In this document: in pieces, positions 40,254-51,362 of the stretch
How the letters are laid out: each line of letters begins with the position of its first letter
Numbering within the stretch: the first letter of the stretch is position 1
DNA from: Pristiophorus japonicus
Taxonomy: Eukaryota
Direction of reading: 5' to 3'
Length of the DNA stretch: 64,000 nucleotides
Assembly (NCBI RefSeq): GCF_044704955.1
Contig: NC_091999.1
Span: 8,866,001-8,930,000 of the forward strand
Program-made: the position numbers and the translations under genes
The notes under the pieces: generated by a model
Told to the model about the DNA's origin: nothing
The model's input: the letters and a program-made list of their open reading frames with translations, nothing else
The model's database searches: none

Positions 40254-40790
40254 TCATCATCACCGGCAGTCCCTGGGAATCGAGGAAGACTTGCCTCCAC
40301 TCTAACAGTGAGTTCTCAGGTGACTGAACAGTCCAATACAGGAACCACAGTCCCTGTCACAGGTGGGACAGACAGTGGTTGAGGGAAGGGGAGGGTGGGA
40401 CTGGTTTGCCGCACGCTCCTTCCGCTGCCTGCGCTTGCTTTCTGCACGCTCTCGGCGACGAGACTCGAGGTGCTCAGCGCCCTCCCAGATGCACTGCCTC
40501 CATTTAGGGCGGGACTGGTCTTTGGGCCCAGGGACTCCCAGGTGTCGGTGGGGGATGTTGCACTTTATCAGGGAGGGCTTTGAGGGTGGTCCCTTGTAAC
40601 GTTTCCTCTGCCCACCTGGGGCTCGCTTGCCGTGAAGGAGTTCCGAGTAGAGCGCTCGCTTTGGGGAGTCTCGTGTCAGGGGGCCATGCGGACAATGTGG
40701 CCCTGCCCAGCGGAGCTGGTCGAGTGTGGTCAGTGCTTCGATGCTGGGGATGTTGGCCTGGTCGAGGACGCTAACGTTGGTGCGTCTGTT
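40254..40790 (-). mobile_element. RTE-clade LINE 3' fragment (left arm of foldback)
   Basis: RRTNVSVLDQANIPSIEAL...QLRWAG...LYSEL..GKR..GGQRKRYK...CPTCDRDC..IGLFSHLRTH (C-terminal CCHH), with a (TGA)n tail. Confidence 0.88.
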
Positions 40791-40795
40791 GTCCG

Positions 40796-41238
40796 CATTG
40801 TCCGCATGCCCCCCAGACACGAGACTCCCAAAGCAAGCGCTCTACTCGGAACTCCTTCACGGACAAGCGAGCCCCAGGTGGGCAGAGGAAACGTTACAAG
40901 GGACCACCCTCAAAGCCTCCCTGATAAAGTGCAACATCCCCCACCAACACCTGGGAGTCCCTGGGCCCAAAGACCAGTCCGCCCTAAGTGGAGGAAGTGC
41001 ATCCGGGAGGGCGCTGAGCACCTCGAGTCTCGTCGCCGAGAGCGTGCAGAAAGCAAGCGCAGGCAGCGGAAGGAGCGTGCGGCAAACCAGTCCCGCCCTC
41101 CCCTTCCCTCAACCACTGTCTGTCCCACCTGTGACAGGGACTGTGGTTCCCGTATTGGACTGTTCAGTCACCCGAGAACTCACTGTTAGAGTGGGGGCAA
41201 GTCTTCCTCGACTCCGAGGGACTGCCTGTGATGATGAG
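40796..41238 (+). mobile_element. RTE-clade LINE 3' fragment (right arm of foldback)
   Basis: Reverse complement of 40254-40697; ends GGGACTGCCTGTGATGATGA. Confidence 0.88.
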
Positions 41239-41796
41239 AGAAAAGAGCCTGTTCAGCATTTCTTGAGTCGTACCCCGCATCCTCTGCCATTTACGTGCGA
41301 CACACACACACACCCAATCCCCAGCGATCTAACTGCATGTCACCATCCAGTTTGTCTTACACTGCAGCCTCTTAGCTGATGATAGCGAGCTCCCAGTCTG
41401 CCTTCAGCGCTGCCTATGCAACTGGTACCATCACAACAGAAGCGGGCGTTTTGTACTCTACGCACGTAGAAAATTAATTTTATTCGAACTTGCATTCAAG
41501 GCAAATACTTAGCAAGTCATTAAGGACAATTTTAGAGAAAAAAAACATGTTACATCAACAATACGCTGCATTTATACGGCGCCTTTAGCGTGGTTGAACG
41601 TCCCAAGGTGCTTCGTAGGAGACCAACTTTGACACCGAGCCACATGAGGGTGTTTTAGGATAGAGGCTTGGTCAGAGGTAGGTGTATGAGGAGCGCCTTC
41701 AAAGGGGGAGAGAGAGGCGGAGAGGTTTTGGGAGGGAGTTCGAGAGCTTAGGCATGGTCAACCATGTCAAAGGCTGAGAAAGACAAGGAGGGACAA

Positions 41797-42502
41797 GAAC
41801 ACCAGAAACAGGAGCAGGAGTCGGCCATTCGGCCCCTCGAGCCTGCTCCGCCATTTAATACCATCATGGCTGATCCGATCATGGACTCAGCTCCACTTCC
41901 CCGCCCGCTCCCCATAACCCTTCACTCCATTATCGCTCAAAAATCTGTCTCTCTCCACCTTAAATATATTCAATGACCCAGCCTCCACAGCTCTCTGGGG
42001 CAGAGAATTCCACAGATTTACAACCCTCTGAGAGAAGAAATTCCTCCTCATCTCAGTTTTAAATGGGCGGCCCCTTATTCTGAGACCATGCCCCCTAGTT
42101 CTAGTCTCCCCCATCAGTGGAAACATCCTCTCTGCATCCACCTTGTCGAGCCCCCCTCATAATCTGACACGTTTCGATAAGATCACCTCTCATTCTTCTG
42201 AACTCCAATGAGTAGAGGCCCAACCTCCTCAACCTTTCCTCATAAGTCAACCCCCTCATCCCCGGAATCAACCGAGTGAACCTTCTCTGAACTGCCTCCA
42301 AAGCAAAGTATATCCTTCCGTAAATACGGAGACCAGAACTGCACGCAGTACTCCAGGTGTGGCCTCACCAATACCCTGTATAACTGCACGCAGTACTCCA
42401 GGTGTGGCCTCACCAATACCCTGTATAACTGGAGCAAGACTTCCCTGCTTTTATACTCCATCCCCTTTGCAATAAAGGCCAAGATACCATTGGCCTTCCT
42501 GA
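41797..42502 (-). mobile_element. CR1 3' fragment with an internal 45-bp tandem duplication
   Basis: ORFs 42240-42521, 42101-42301 and 41887-42141 are the CR1 ORF2 C-terminus; LYRVLVRPHLEYCVQ occurs twice. Confidence 0.93.
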
Positions 42503-43220
42503 AAGTTTGTCGCAGTTGCATAGGACGCCACTTGTGACCTCGATAAGAACGCTTTCACTGCTGTGCGTCTGGGGGCAGAAAGGTGATTGGAGGGGTCTGG
42601 ACATGAAGTTGCGGGAAAGACTTTTTAACAACCCTACTAGTTTCCGTTAACAGATGAGGTTGGATAGAAAGAAAGAGAGAGAAAGCGTTTACGTGGCACC
42701 TTTGACATAGCAAAACGTCCCACAGTGCCTCACGGGAGCGAGTATCAGACAAGATTTGACCCCGGGCCACATTGGGAGATATTGGGGCAGAAATTGCTGC
42801 CATATAACAGTGTGGGTAAATGGTGCTGCAAATCCAGGCAAAGGGCAGACTCCCGGTTAACCGTTAGCTTTGTAGGCACGGCATCCCGCCCTAAGCATCC
42901 CCGTCAACCTCTCTGACACCGAACATTAACTCTTCCAAGTGTGGAGTCTCGTTCCTTCAGCTGGTAACGGCTTGCGGGGAAATTTTTAAAAACCGCGTCC
43001 AATTGTAAATTAAAAAAAATATCTTCTTAATTTTTTCTTTATCATGGCACAGAGGGAGGCCATTTGGTGCACCGAGTCCATGCTGGCTCGCTGTCGAGTC
43101 CCTTTTCCCCTGCTCTCTCCCCGTAGCCTCGCAAGTTTATTTATCTCAAGAGCCTGTCCAATTTCCTTTTGAAATCATCGATTGTCTGTGGTGGGCGGTG
43201 AGTTCCAGGTCAATATCTGA

Positions 43221-43592
43221 CATAAGAACATCAGAAATAGGAGCAGGAGTCAGCCATTCGGCCCCTCGAGCCTGCTCCGCCATTTAATACCATCATGGGC
43301 TGATCCGATCATGGACTCAGCTCCACTTCCCCGCCCGCTCCCCATAACCCTTCACTCCCTTATCGCTCAAAAATCTGTCTATCTCCACCTTAAATATATT
43401 CAATGTCCCAGCCTCCACAGCTCTCTGGGGCAGAGAATTCCACAGATTTACAACCCTCTGAGAGAAGAAATTCCTCCTCATCTCAGTCTTAAATGGGCGG
43501 CCCCTTATTCTGAGACCATGCCCCCTAGTTCTAGTCTCCCCCATCAGTGGGAACATCCTCTCTGCATCCACCTTGTCGAGCCCCCTCATAAT
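43221..43592 (-). mobile_element. CR1 3' fragment
   Basis: ORF 43317-43589 MRGLDKVDAERMFPLMGETRTRGH... plus tail. Confidence 0.92.
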
Positions 43593-44002
43593 CCTATCTT
43601 CCTCACATCTCCCCCTGTATCTCTTGCCGAAAACCTTAAGTCTGTGTCTCCCTAGTCTAATGGAAACAGCTTTTGTCTGTCGGCCTTATCTAAACCTTTC
43701 GTAATTTTGAACACTGCTATCAAATCTCCCCCTCAACCTTTGCTCCAAGGTGATTATCCAGCTAGTAACATGTTGTGGGGAAATTTTTAAAAATGTCAAA
43801 AATTGTAAATTTAAACAAAATAATCATTTTATTTTCTCTCTCTCTCTCTTGATCCAATCGTTCTTTCCCTCCCTTTATTTCTCTTTCTCTACCTGATTTG
43901 ACATTGCATTCACCCGCTTTAAAAGTATTTCGTTAACTGTAAAGCGCTTTGAGACGTCCGGTGGTCATGAAAAGTCACTATATAAATGCAGGTCTTTTTT
44001 TT

Positions 44003-44367
44003 AGAAACAGAGACAATAGGAGCAGGAGTCGGCCATTCGGCCCCTCGAGCCTGCACCATCCAATACGATCATGGCTGATCCTCTATCTCAACACCATATT
44101 CCCGCTTTCTCCCCATACCCCTTGATGCCTTTTGTGTCTAGAAATCTATCGATCTCCCTCTTAAATATATTCAGTGACTTGGCCCCCACAGCCTTCTGTG
44201 GTAGAGAATTCCACAGGTTCACCACCCTCGGAGTGAGAACATTTCTCCTCATCTCACTCCTAAATTTCCTACCCCGTATCCTGAGACTGTGAGCCCTTGT
44301 TCTAGACTTCCCAGCCCCGGGTAAACATCCTCCCCGCATCCAGTCTGTCCAACTCCCGTCAGAATGT
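44003..44367 (-). mobile_element. CR1 3' fragment
   Basis: ORF 44088-44339; closely similar to the 33946-34310 copy. Confidence 0.9.
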
Positions 44368-44579
44368 TATTCTTTAATTCACCCTCCTTCTCAGTCCTTC
44401 CCCTGTTTATTTCCCAATCCTTCAATCCGATTGTTTAATGAGACACCTTGTTGCTTGCCCTGCTCACCGGGGTCCCAGATGCCCCGTTTCCCTCACTGTA
44501 CGGTTTTGAGCTGAAGGGTGCAGGAGCCAGTCTATCTAACGGCAGACACCATTCGATACCTTGTCACAGCCACTTCGGA

Positions 44580-45095
44580 CAAGGGACCAAAAGCTCGCTC
44601 AAAGAGGTTGGGTTTTAAGGAGCGACTTAAAGGAGGAGAGCAAAATGGAGAGGCGGAGAGGTTTAGGGGAGGGAGTTCCAGAGTTTTGGGGGCTCAGGCA
44701 GCTGATGGTGGGGGCGATGAAAATCGGGGGTGTTCAAGAGGCCGGAGTTGGAGGAGCGCAGAGATCTCGGGGAGGGTTGCAGAGCTGGAGGAAGTTACAG
44801 AGTAAGGGAGGGGGGGAGCGAGGGCCATGGAGGGATTTGAAAGCAAGGATGAGAATTTTAAAATGGGCATACTGGCGGACTGGGAGCCAATGTCGGTCAG
44901 CGAGCACAGAGGTGATGGGTGGAAGCGACTGATTGCGAGTTAGGGCGCGGGGCAGCTGAGTTTTAGAGCAGTTTCTGGAGGGTTCAAGGTGGGAGGCCGG
45001 CCAGGAGTGTGTTGGAATAGTCGAGTCTGGAGGTAACAAAGGGGATGAGGGTTTCAGCAGCGGATGAGCTGAGGCAGGGGGCGGAGACGGGCGAT
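44580..45095 (-). mobile_element. L2-clade LINE fragment
   Basis: PITSVLADRHWLPVRQYAHFKILILAFKSLHG matches the L2 ORF2 C-terminal motif (HITPVLxxLHWLPV..FKIL). Confidence 0.8.
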
Positions 45096-45199
45096 GTTAC
45101 CGAGGGGGAAGCGGTGAAGCCGAGGATTTGGGGTTGGAAAGAGAGAGAGAGAAAATGAAAGAAAAAATGGAAAGATGGAGTGAGAAAAGAGAGAAAGAA

Positions 45200-46060
45200 A
45201 AAATAACTTGCATACTTTTCACGACCTCAGGAAGTCTCAAAGCGCTCCACAGCCAATCAAGGATTTTTTGAAGTCTTGTCATTGTTGTAATGTGGGAAAC
45301 ACGGCAGGCAATTTTCACACAGCACGACCTCACAAACAGCAATGTGATAATGACCAGATAATCTGTTCCTTAGTGATGTTGGTTGAGGGATGAATATTGG
45401 CCGCAGGACACGGGGTAGAACTCCCCTGTTCTTCATCCAATAGTGGCCATGGGATCTATTATGTCCTCCTGAGCGGTCAGACAGAGACTTTGGATTTAAT
45501 GTCTCATCCAAAAGACGGCATCTCCGACAGTGCGGCACTCCCTCAGTACTGCCCCTCCGACAGTGCGGCGCTCCCTCAGTACTGCCCCTCCGACAGTGCG
45601 GCGCTCCCTCAGTACTGCCCCTCCGACAGTGCGGCACTCCCTCAGTACTGCCCCTCCGACAGTGCGGCGCTCCCTCAGTACTGCCCCTCCTACAGTGCGG
45701 CGCTCCCTTAGTACTGCCCCTCCGACAGTGCGGCGCTCCCTCAGTACTGCCCCTCCGACAGTGCGGCGCTCCCTCAGTACTGCCCCTCCTACAGTGCGGC
45801 ACTCCCTCAGTACTGCCCCTCCGACAGTGCGGCGCTCCCTCAGTACTGACCCTCTGACAGTGCGGCACTCCCTCAGTACTGCCCCGCCGACAGTGCGGCA
45901 CTCCCTCAGTACTGCCCCTCCGATAGTGCGGCACTCCCACAGTTATGGGTGACCGGGGAAGTGTGAGCCTGTGGATTACGGAGCTCGAATCTGTGGAGGG
46001 TGTGGATTCGAACCCACGACCTTCTTGGATAGAGACAGAGTCCCGGCTAACACCCACGCT
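45200..46060 (-). mobile_element. tRNA-derived Deu-domain-type SINE (SacSINE1-like) with an internal 33-bp tandem expansion
   Basis: B box GGTTCGAATCC at 46004-46014, Deu-like core GCCGTCTTTTGGATGAGACATTAAA, L2-type tail at 45200-45260. Family name is from recall. Confidence 0.75.
45524..45937. repeat. 33-bp minisatellite (CCCTCAGTACTGCCCCTCCGACAGTGCGGCGCT), ~12.5 copies
   Basis: Direct tandem repeat with 11-aa periodicity in translations. Confidence 0.96.
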
Positions 46061-46105
46061 CTCCGTATATCACAGCCCTCAACCAGACAGCAAACCCCCA
46101 CTGAC

Positions 46106-46151
46106 CTGTGAGACCCAGGAGGAAGACCAAGACTCTGCACAGCACCGCCAT
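46106..46151 (-). CDS. Leader (signal peptide) exon of the Ig-like gene
   Basis: ATG GCG GTG CTG TGC AGA GTC TTG GTC TTC CTC CTG GGT CTC ACA G|GTCAGT = MAVLCRVLVFLLGLT plus a phase-1 donor. Its 46-nt length is typical of Ig L1 exons, and it joins in frame with the V exon (G|GA). Confidence 0.85.
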
Positions 46152-46198
46152 CGTTGGACTCCGTCGTTCGCTTGCTGAGTCTGACCTCAAGCTCCGTC

Positions 46199-46294
46199 TT
46201 CTTATAGGGGGCTGAGGGTTGGGCTTGCATTGAAGCGGGTCCTTTTTGCATATTGTTCAAAGGGAACCACTCAGACCACCCCAAGATGCAGATG
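46199..46294 (-). promoter_or_regulatory. Promoter of the Ig-like gene: TATA box and octamer-like motifs
   Basis: TATAAGAA at 46199-46206 (~50 bp upstream of the ATG). ATGCAAAA at 46244-46251 and ATCTGCAT at 46286-46293 are each 7/8 matches to the Ig octamer; the latter overlaps E-box CAGATG. Confidence 0.65.
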
Positions 46295-46519
46295 GTCACG
46301 TTTCCAACGTTGATTGGCCGAGGGGCGCCTTGGAACGGCCTGTGACATTCCTTCAGGGGGGGGGGTGGTCAGGGTTCGGCAGAGCGAGAGAAAGACACCT
46401 CATCCATTCACGGGATGTGGACATCGCTGGCAAGGCCGCCGTTTATTGCCCCGCCCCTAATCGCCCCTCGAGAAGTTGGCCGCTCGGGACGGGGGGCGCA
46501 CGGCCTGCGAGGGTGGGGG

Positions 46520-48155
46520 CAGGCAGATTCAATTAGCAGCCTACAAAATGGAATGGGATAACTACTTGAAGGAGAAAATATTGCAGGGATATGGGGAAAG
46601 GGCGGGAGGGAGGGGCGCTGACTGCGTCGCTCTTGCAGAGAGCCAGCAGGGGCTCGATGGGCCGAATGGCCTTCCTGGCACTTCTTTACCCAGCGAGCGG
46701 TGAGAATGTGGAACTCGCTGCCACAGGGAATGGGTTGAGGCGAATAGTATCGGTGCGTTTAAGGGGAGGCTGGACAAGGGAATAGAGGGTTATGCTGATA
46801 GAGTTCGATGAGGAAAGACGGAGGAGACTGGTTGGGGCTGAACGGCCTGTTTCTGGGCCGTATATCCTGTGTAAACACTGAAGGTACTCCCACAGTGCTG
46901 TTAGGCAGGCAAATCTAGTTCTGGCCAGGTCCCAGTGCGCCCAGTTCTGGGCACCACAGCTCAGAAAGGATACACTGCCCTCGGAGACGATGCAGTGTAG
47001 ATCCACCAGAGTGAAAGCGGGGCTGAACGGGTTAAATTATGAGGAGGGGTTGCATAAACAAGACTTGTATTTCCTCGAGTACAGACGATTAAGGGGTGAT
47101 CTAATCGCGGCGTTTAAACATAAGAACATAGAAACATAGAAAATAGGTGCAGGAGTAGACCATTCGGCCCTTCAAGCCTGCACCACCATTCAATATGATC
47201 ATGGCTGATCATTCCCTCAGTACCCCTTTCCCGCTTTCTCTCCATACCCCTTGATCCCTTTAGCCGTAAGGGCCACATCGAACTCCCTTTTGAATATATC
47301 CAATGAACTGGCCTCAACAACTCTCTGCGGCAGGGAATTCCACAGGTTCACAACTCTCTAAATGAAGAAGTTTCTCCTCATCTCGGTCCTAAATGGCTTA
47401 CCCCTTATCCTTAGACTGTGACCCCTGGTTCTGGACTTCCCCAACATCGGGAACATTCTTCCCGCACCTAACCTGTCCAGTCCCATCAGAATTTAAATGT
47501 GTCTATGAGATCCCCTCTCATCCTTCTAAACTCCAGTGAATATAAGGCTAGTCCGAAGAACATCAGAAATAGGAGCAGGAGTCGGCCATTCGGCCCCTCG
47601 AGCCTGCTCCGCCATTCAATAAGATCATGGCTGATCCGATCATGGTCTCAGCTCCACTTCCCCGCCCGCTCCCCATAACCCCTTATCCCCTTGACGATGA
47701 AAGGATTTGATCGGGTAGATAGAAACGTCTTCCTCGGCTGAGGGGCGTCTAGAACAAGTGGGCATGAACTTAACGTTGGAGGCCGTTCACAGATGGTGTC
47801 AAAAAGCACGCTAAACTAAGGATTACGAGTAAATAGTAAATGAAACTGGTTCCATTGGCTGAAGAGTCGGGAACCAGAGGACACAGATTTAAGGTGATTG
47901 GCTAAAGAAGGAGTCAGGAAGGGGAAATATTTTTACGCAATGAGCGATTAGGATTTGGAACGCACTGCCTGATAGGGTGATGGAGGCAGACTCGATAGTG
48001 GCCTTCCAACGAGAATTGGATAAATACTGAAAGGAGAGAAGATTTCAGGGATCTGGGGAAAGGGCGGGGGAGGGGGACTGGCTGAAGTGCTCTTGCAGAG
48101 AGCCGGCACGGGCTCAACGGGTCAAATGGCCTCCTTCTGTGCTGTAACCGTTCAA
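46520..48155. mobile_element. Mosaic of short CR1 3' fragments in both orientations (clearest: 47117-47550 minus)
   Basis: Repeated CR1 tails (GGGCCGAATGGCC, ACATAAGAACATAGAAAC) and RT C-terminal remnants. Confidence 0.75.
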
Positions 48156-48266
48156 GAAATGAACCTTTGTAACTTAGGAGAGCAGACTAGAGGTCACAGA
48201 ATCTTACAGCACAGATAGTAGGCCATTGAAAGAGCTCCCCAATTAGTTACATTCCCTCTCCCCGTA

Positions 48267-48840
48267 CCTGGAGTACTGCGTGCAGTTACACAGGGTATTG
48301 GTGAGGCTACACCTGGAGTACTGCGTGCAGTTACACAGGGTATTGGTGAGGCCACACCTGGAGTACTGCGTGCAGTTTTGGTCTCCGTATTTAAGGAAGG
48401 ATATACTTGCTTTGGAGGCAGTTCAGAGAAGGTTCACTCGGTTGATTCCGGAGATGAGGGGGTTGACTTATGAGGAAAGGTTGAGGAGGTTGGGCCTCTA
48501 CTCATTGGAGTTCAGAAGAATGAGAGGTGATCTTATCGAAACGTATCAGATTATGAGGGGGCTCGACAAGGTGGATGCAGAGAGGATGTTCCCACTGATG
48601 GGGGAGACTAGAACTAGGGGGCATGGTCTTAGAATAAGGGGCCGCCCATTTAAAACTGAGATGAGGAGGAATTTCTTCTCTCAGAGGGTTGTAAATCTGT
48701 GGAATTCTCTGCCCCAGAGAGCTGTGGAGGCTGGGTCATTGAATATATTTAAGGTGGAGATAGACAGATTTTTGAGCGATAAGGGAGTGAAGGGTTATGG
48801 GGAGCGGGCGGGGAAATGGAGCTGAGTCCATGATCGGATC
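48267..48840 (+). mobile_element. CR1 3' fragment starting with ~2.5 copies of a 45-bp unit
   Basis: ORF 48280-48825: QLHRVLVRLHLEYCVQLHRVLVRPHLEYCVQFWSPY... Confidence 0.93.
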
Positions 48841-50383
48841 AGTAATGGGGAACATGGAGATGGCAGAAACTCTGAACAAATATTTTGTATCAGTCTTTAC
48901 GGTAGAGGACACTAACAATATCCCAACAGTGGTAAGTCAAGGGGCTATAGAGGGGGAGGAACTTAACACAATCACAATGACTAAGGAGGTGGTACTCAGT
49001 GAGATAATGGGATTAAAGACAGATAAATCCCCTGGACCTGATGGCTTGCATCCCAGGGTTTTAAGAGAAGTAGCGGCAGGGATAGTGGATACATTGGTTG
49101 TAATTTACCAAAATTCCCTGGATTCTGGGGAGGGCCCAGCAGATTGGAAAACTGTAAATGTAACGCCCCTATTTAAAAAAGGAGGCAGACAAAAAGCAGG
49201 AAACTATAGACCAGTTAGCCTAACATCTGTGGTTGGGAAAATGTTGGAGTCCATCATTAAAGAAGCAGTAGCAGGACATTTGGAAAAGCAAAATTCGGTC
49301 AGGCAGAGTCACCATGGATTTATGAAGGGGAAGTCATGTTTGACAAATTTGCTGGAATAATTTGAGGATGTAACAAACAGGATGGATAAAGGGGAACCAG
49401 TGGATGTGGTATATTTGGATTTCCAGAAGGCATTTGACAAGGTGCCACATAAAAGGTTGCTGCACAAGATAAAAGTTCACGGGGGTTGGGGGTAATATAT
49501 TAGCATGGACAGAGGATTGGCTAACTTACAGAGAACAGAGAGTCGGGAGAAATGGTTCATTCTCTGGTTGGCGATCAGTAACTAGTGGGGTGCCGCAGGG
49601 ATCAGTGTTGGGACCCCAACTATTTATAATCTATATTGTATCTATCTTATTTAAGTAGAGCAAGATTGCAAAGTGCCGCAGTACAGCGGGACCTGGGGGT
49701 TACTTGTACATGAAACACAAAAGGATAGTCTGCAGGTACAGCAAGTGATCAGGAAGGCCAATGATATCTTGGCCTTTATTGCAAAGGGGATGGAGTATAA
49801 AAGCAGGGAAGTCTTGCTCCAGTTATACAGGGTATTGGTGAGGCCACACCTGGAGTACTGCGTGCAGTTTTGGTTTCCATATTTACGAAAGGATATACTT
49901 GCTTTGGAGGCAGTTCAGAGAAGGTTCACTCGGTTGATTCTGGGGATGAGGGGGTTGACTTATGAGGAAAGGTTGAGGAGGTTGGGCCTCTACTCATTGG
50001 AATTCAGGTGATCTTATCGAAACGTATAAGATTATGAGGGGGCTCGACAAGGTGGATGCAGAGAGGATGTTCCCACTGATGGGGGAGACTAGAACTAGGG
50101 GGCATGGTCTCAGAATAAGGGGCCGCCCATTTAAAACTGAGATGAGGAGGAATTTCTTCTCTCAGAGGGTTGTAAATCTGTGGAATTCTCTGCCCCAGAG
50201 AGCTGTGGAGGCTGGGTCATTGAATATATTTAAGGGGGAGATAGACAGATTTTTGAGCGATAAGGGAGTGAAGGGTTATGGGGAGCGGGCGGGGAAGTGG
50301 AGCTGAGTCCATGATCGGATCTTATTAAATGGCGGAGCAGGCTCGAGGGGCCGAATGGCCGACTCCTGCTCCTAGTTCTGATG
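48841..50383 (+). mobile_element. 5'-truncated CR1 with disrupted RT
   Basis: ORFs 48797-49360, 49673-50011 and 50034-50306; stop codon, frameshifts and an internal deletion across the FADD region. Confidence 0.93.
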
Positions 50384-50384
50384 T

Positions 50385-50726
50385 CTCCACCCCCCCTTCG
50401 CTCTTTCCCCATAGCCTTGCAAATTCTTCCTTCTCAAGTATTTATCCAGTTGCCTTTTTGAAAGTTACTACAGAATCTGCTCCCACCGCCCTTTCATGCA
50501 GTGCATACCCGGTCATAACTCACTGTGCAGAAAACATTTCTCCTCATCTCACCCTCCGATTATCTTCAATCTGTGTCCCCCTGGTTACCGATTCTCCTTC
50601 CCCTTGAAACAGTTTCACCGTATCTACCCTATCAAAACTCTTCACGATTTTGAACGCCTCTATTAAATCTCCCCTTAACCCTCTCTTCTCTAAGGAGCAC
50701 AACCCCAGACTCTCCAGTCTGTCCAT
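50385..50726 (-). mobile_element. Old CR1 3' fragment
   Basis: RLESLGLCSLEKRGLRGDLIEAFKIVK. Confidence 0.75.
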
Positions 50727-50961
50727 GTTGCTGAGATATATATTTTAGGGTGTTTATTTTACGATGAAATTGGGAAAGATGCTAATAATCAAAATCACGT
50801 TATTTCCTGAAGGTTTCGATGTTTAAATCACAGCAATAATTTCTCCAGAAAGCCCGTGTTAAGATATTTAAGTTACAGCAGCGAATCGGCTTAACTTAAC
50901 CTCAATCTAACCAGAGTTAAGGAGCTGAGACCAATGTGAAATCTCAGCCTAGCAATTGAAC

Positions 50962-51362
50962 CCCGTGACTCAGTGTGTAACACTATCGGAAAGGGAAGTG
51001 CTCACTTCAGGAGACTTGAGCACAAAAAAATCTAGGGAGACACACCCAGTGCAGAGCTAAGGACGCCATCTGTCAGATGAGACGTTAAACCGAGGCCCCG
51101 TCGGCTCTCTCAGGTGGATGTAAAAGATCCCACAGCCAGTATTTCGAAGAAGAGTTCTTGCCAATATTTATCCCTCAATCAACATAACAAAAACAGATGA
51201 TCTGGTCATTATCACATTGCTGTTTGTGGGAGCTTGCTGTGCGCAAATTGGCTGCTGTGTCTCCCACGCTCCAACAGTGACTACACGCCAAAGAGTACTT
51301 CATTATCTGTAAGGTATTTACGGATGCTCCGAGGTCATGAAAGGCGCTATATAAATGAACTT
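50962..51362 (+). mobile_element. Deu-domain-type SINE (SacSINE1-like)
   Basis: GATGAGACGTTAAACCGAGGCCCCG...AAAGATCCC...TCTGGTCATTATCACATTGCTGTTTGTGGG...GAAAGGCGCTATATAAATG. Confidence 0.78.

Larger units (their letters stand above)
33411..46206 (-). pseudogene. Germline-joined (non-rearranging) Ig light-chain-like gene: leader - VJ - C1; C exon frameshifted
   Basis: Three exons (46106-46151, 35837-36190, 33565-33901) with canonical GT/AG and consistent phase-1 introns splice into MAVLCRVLVFLLGLTGATPIAILHQP...FGNGVHLLISSHQLSPPSV... TATA upstream, AATAAA downstream. One frameshift near 33770. Confidence 0.88.

Noticed and set aside
41240-41550. Unique stretch in the leader intron as a possible extra exon
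   Set aside because: No phase-compatible open frame with good splice sites and no recognisable domain.
45985-46060. tRNA gene
   Set aside because: A B box is present but no convincing cloverleaf; it is the head of a SINE.
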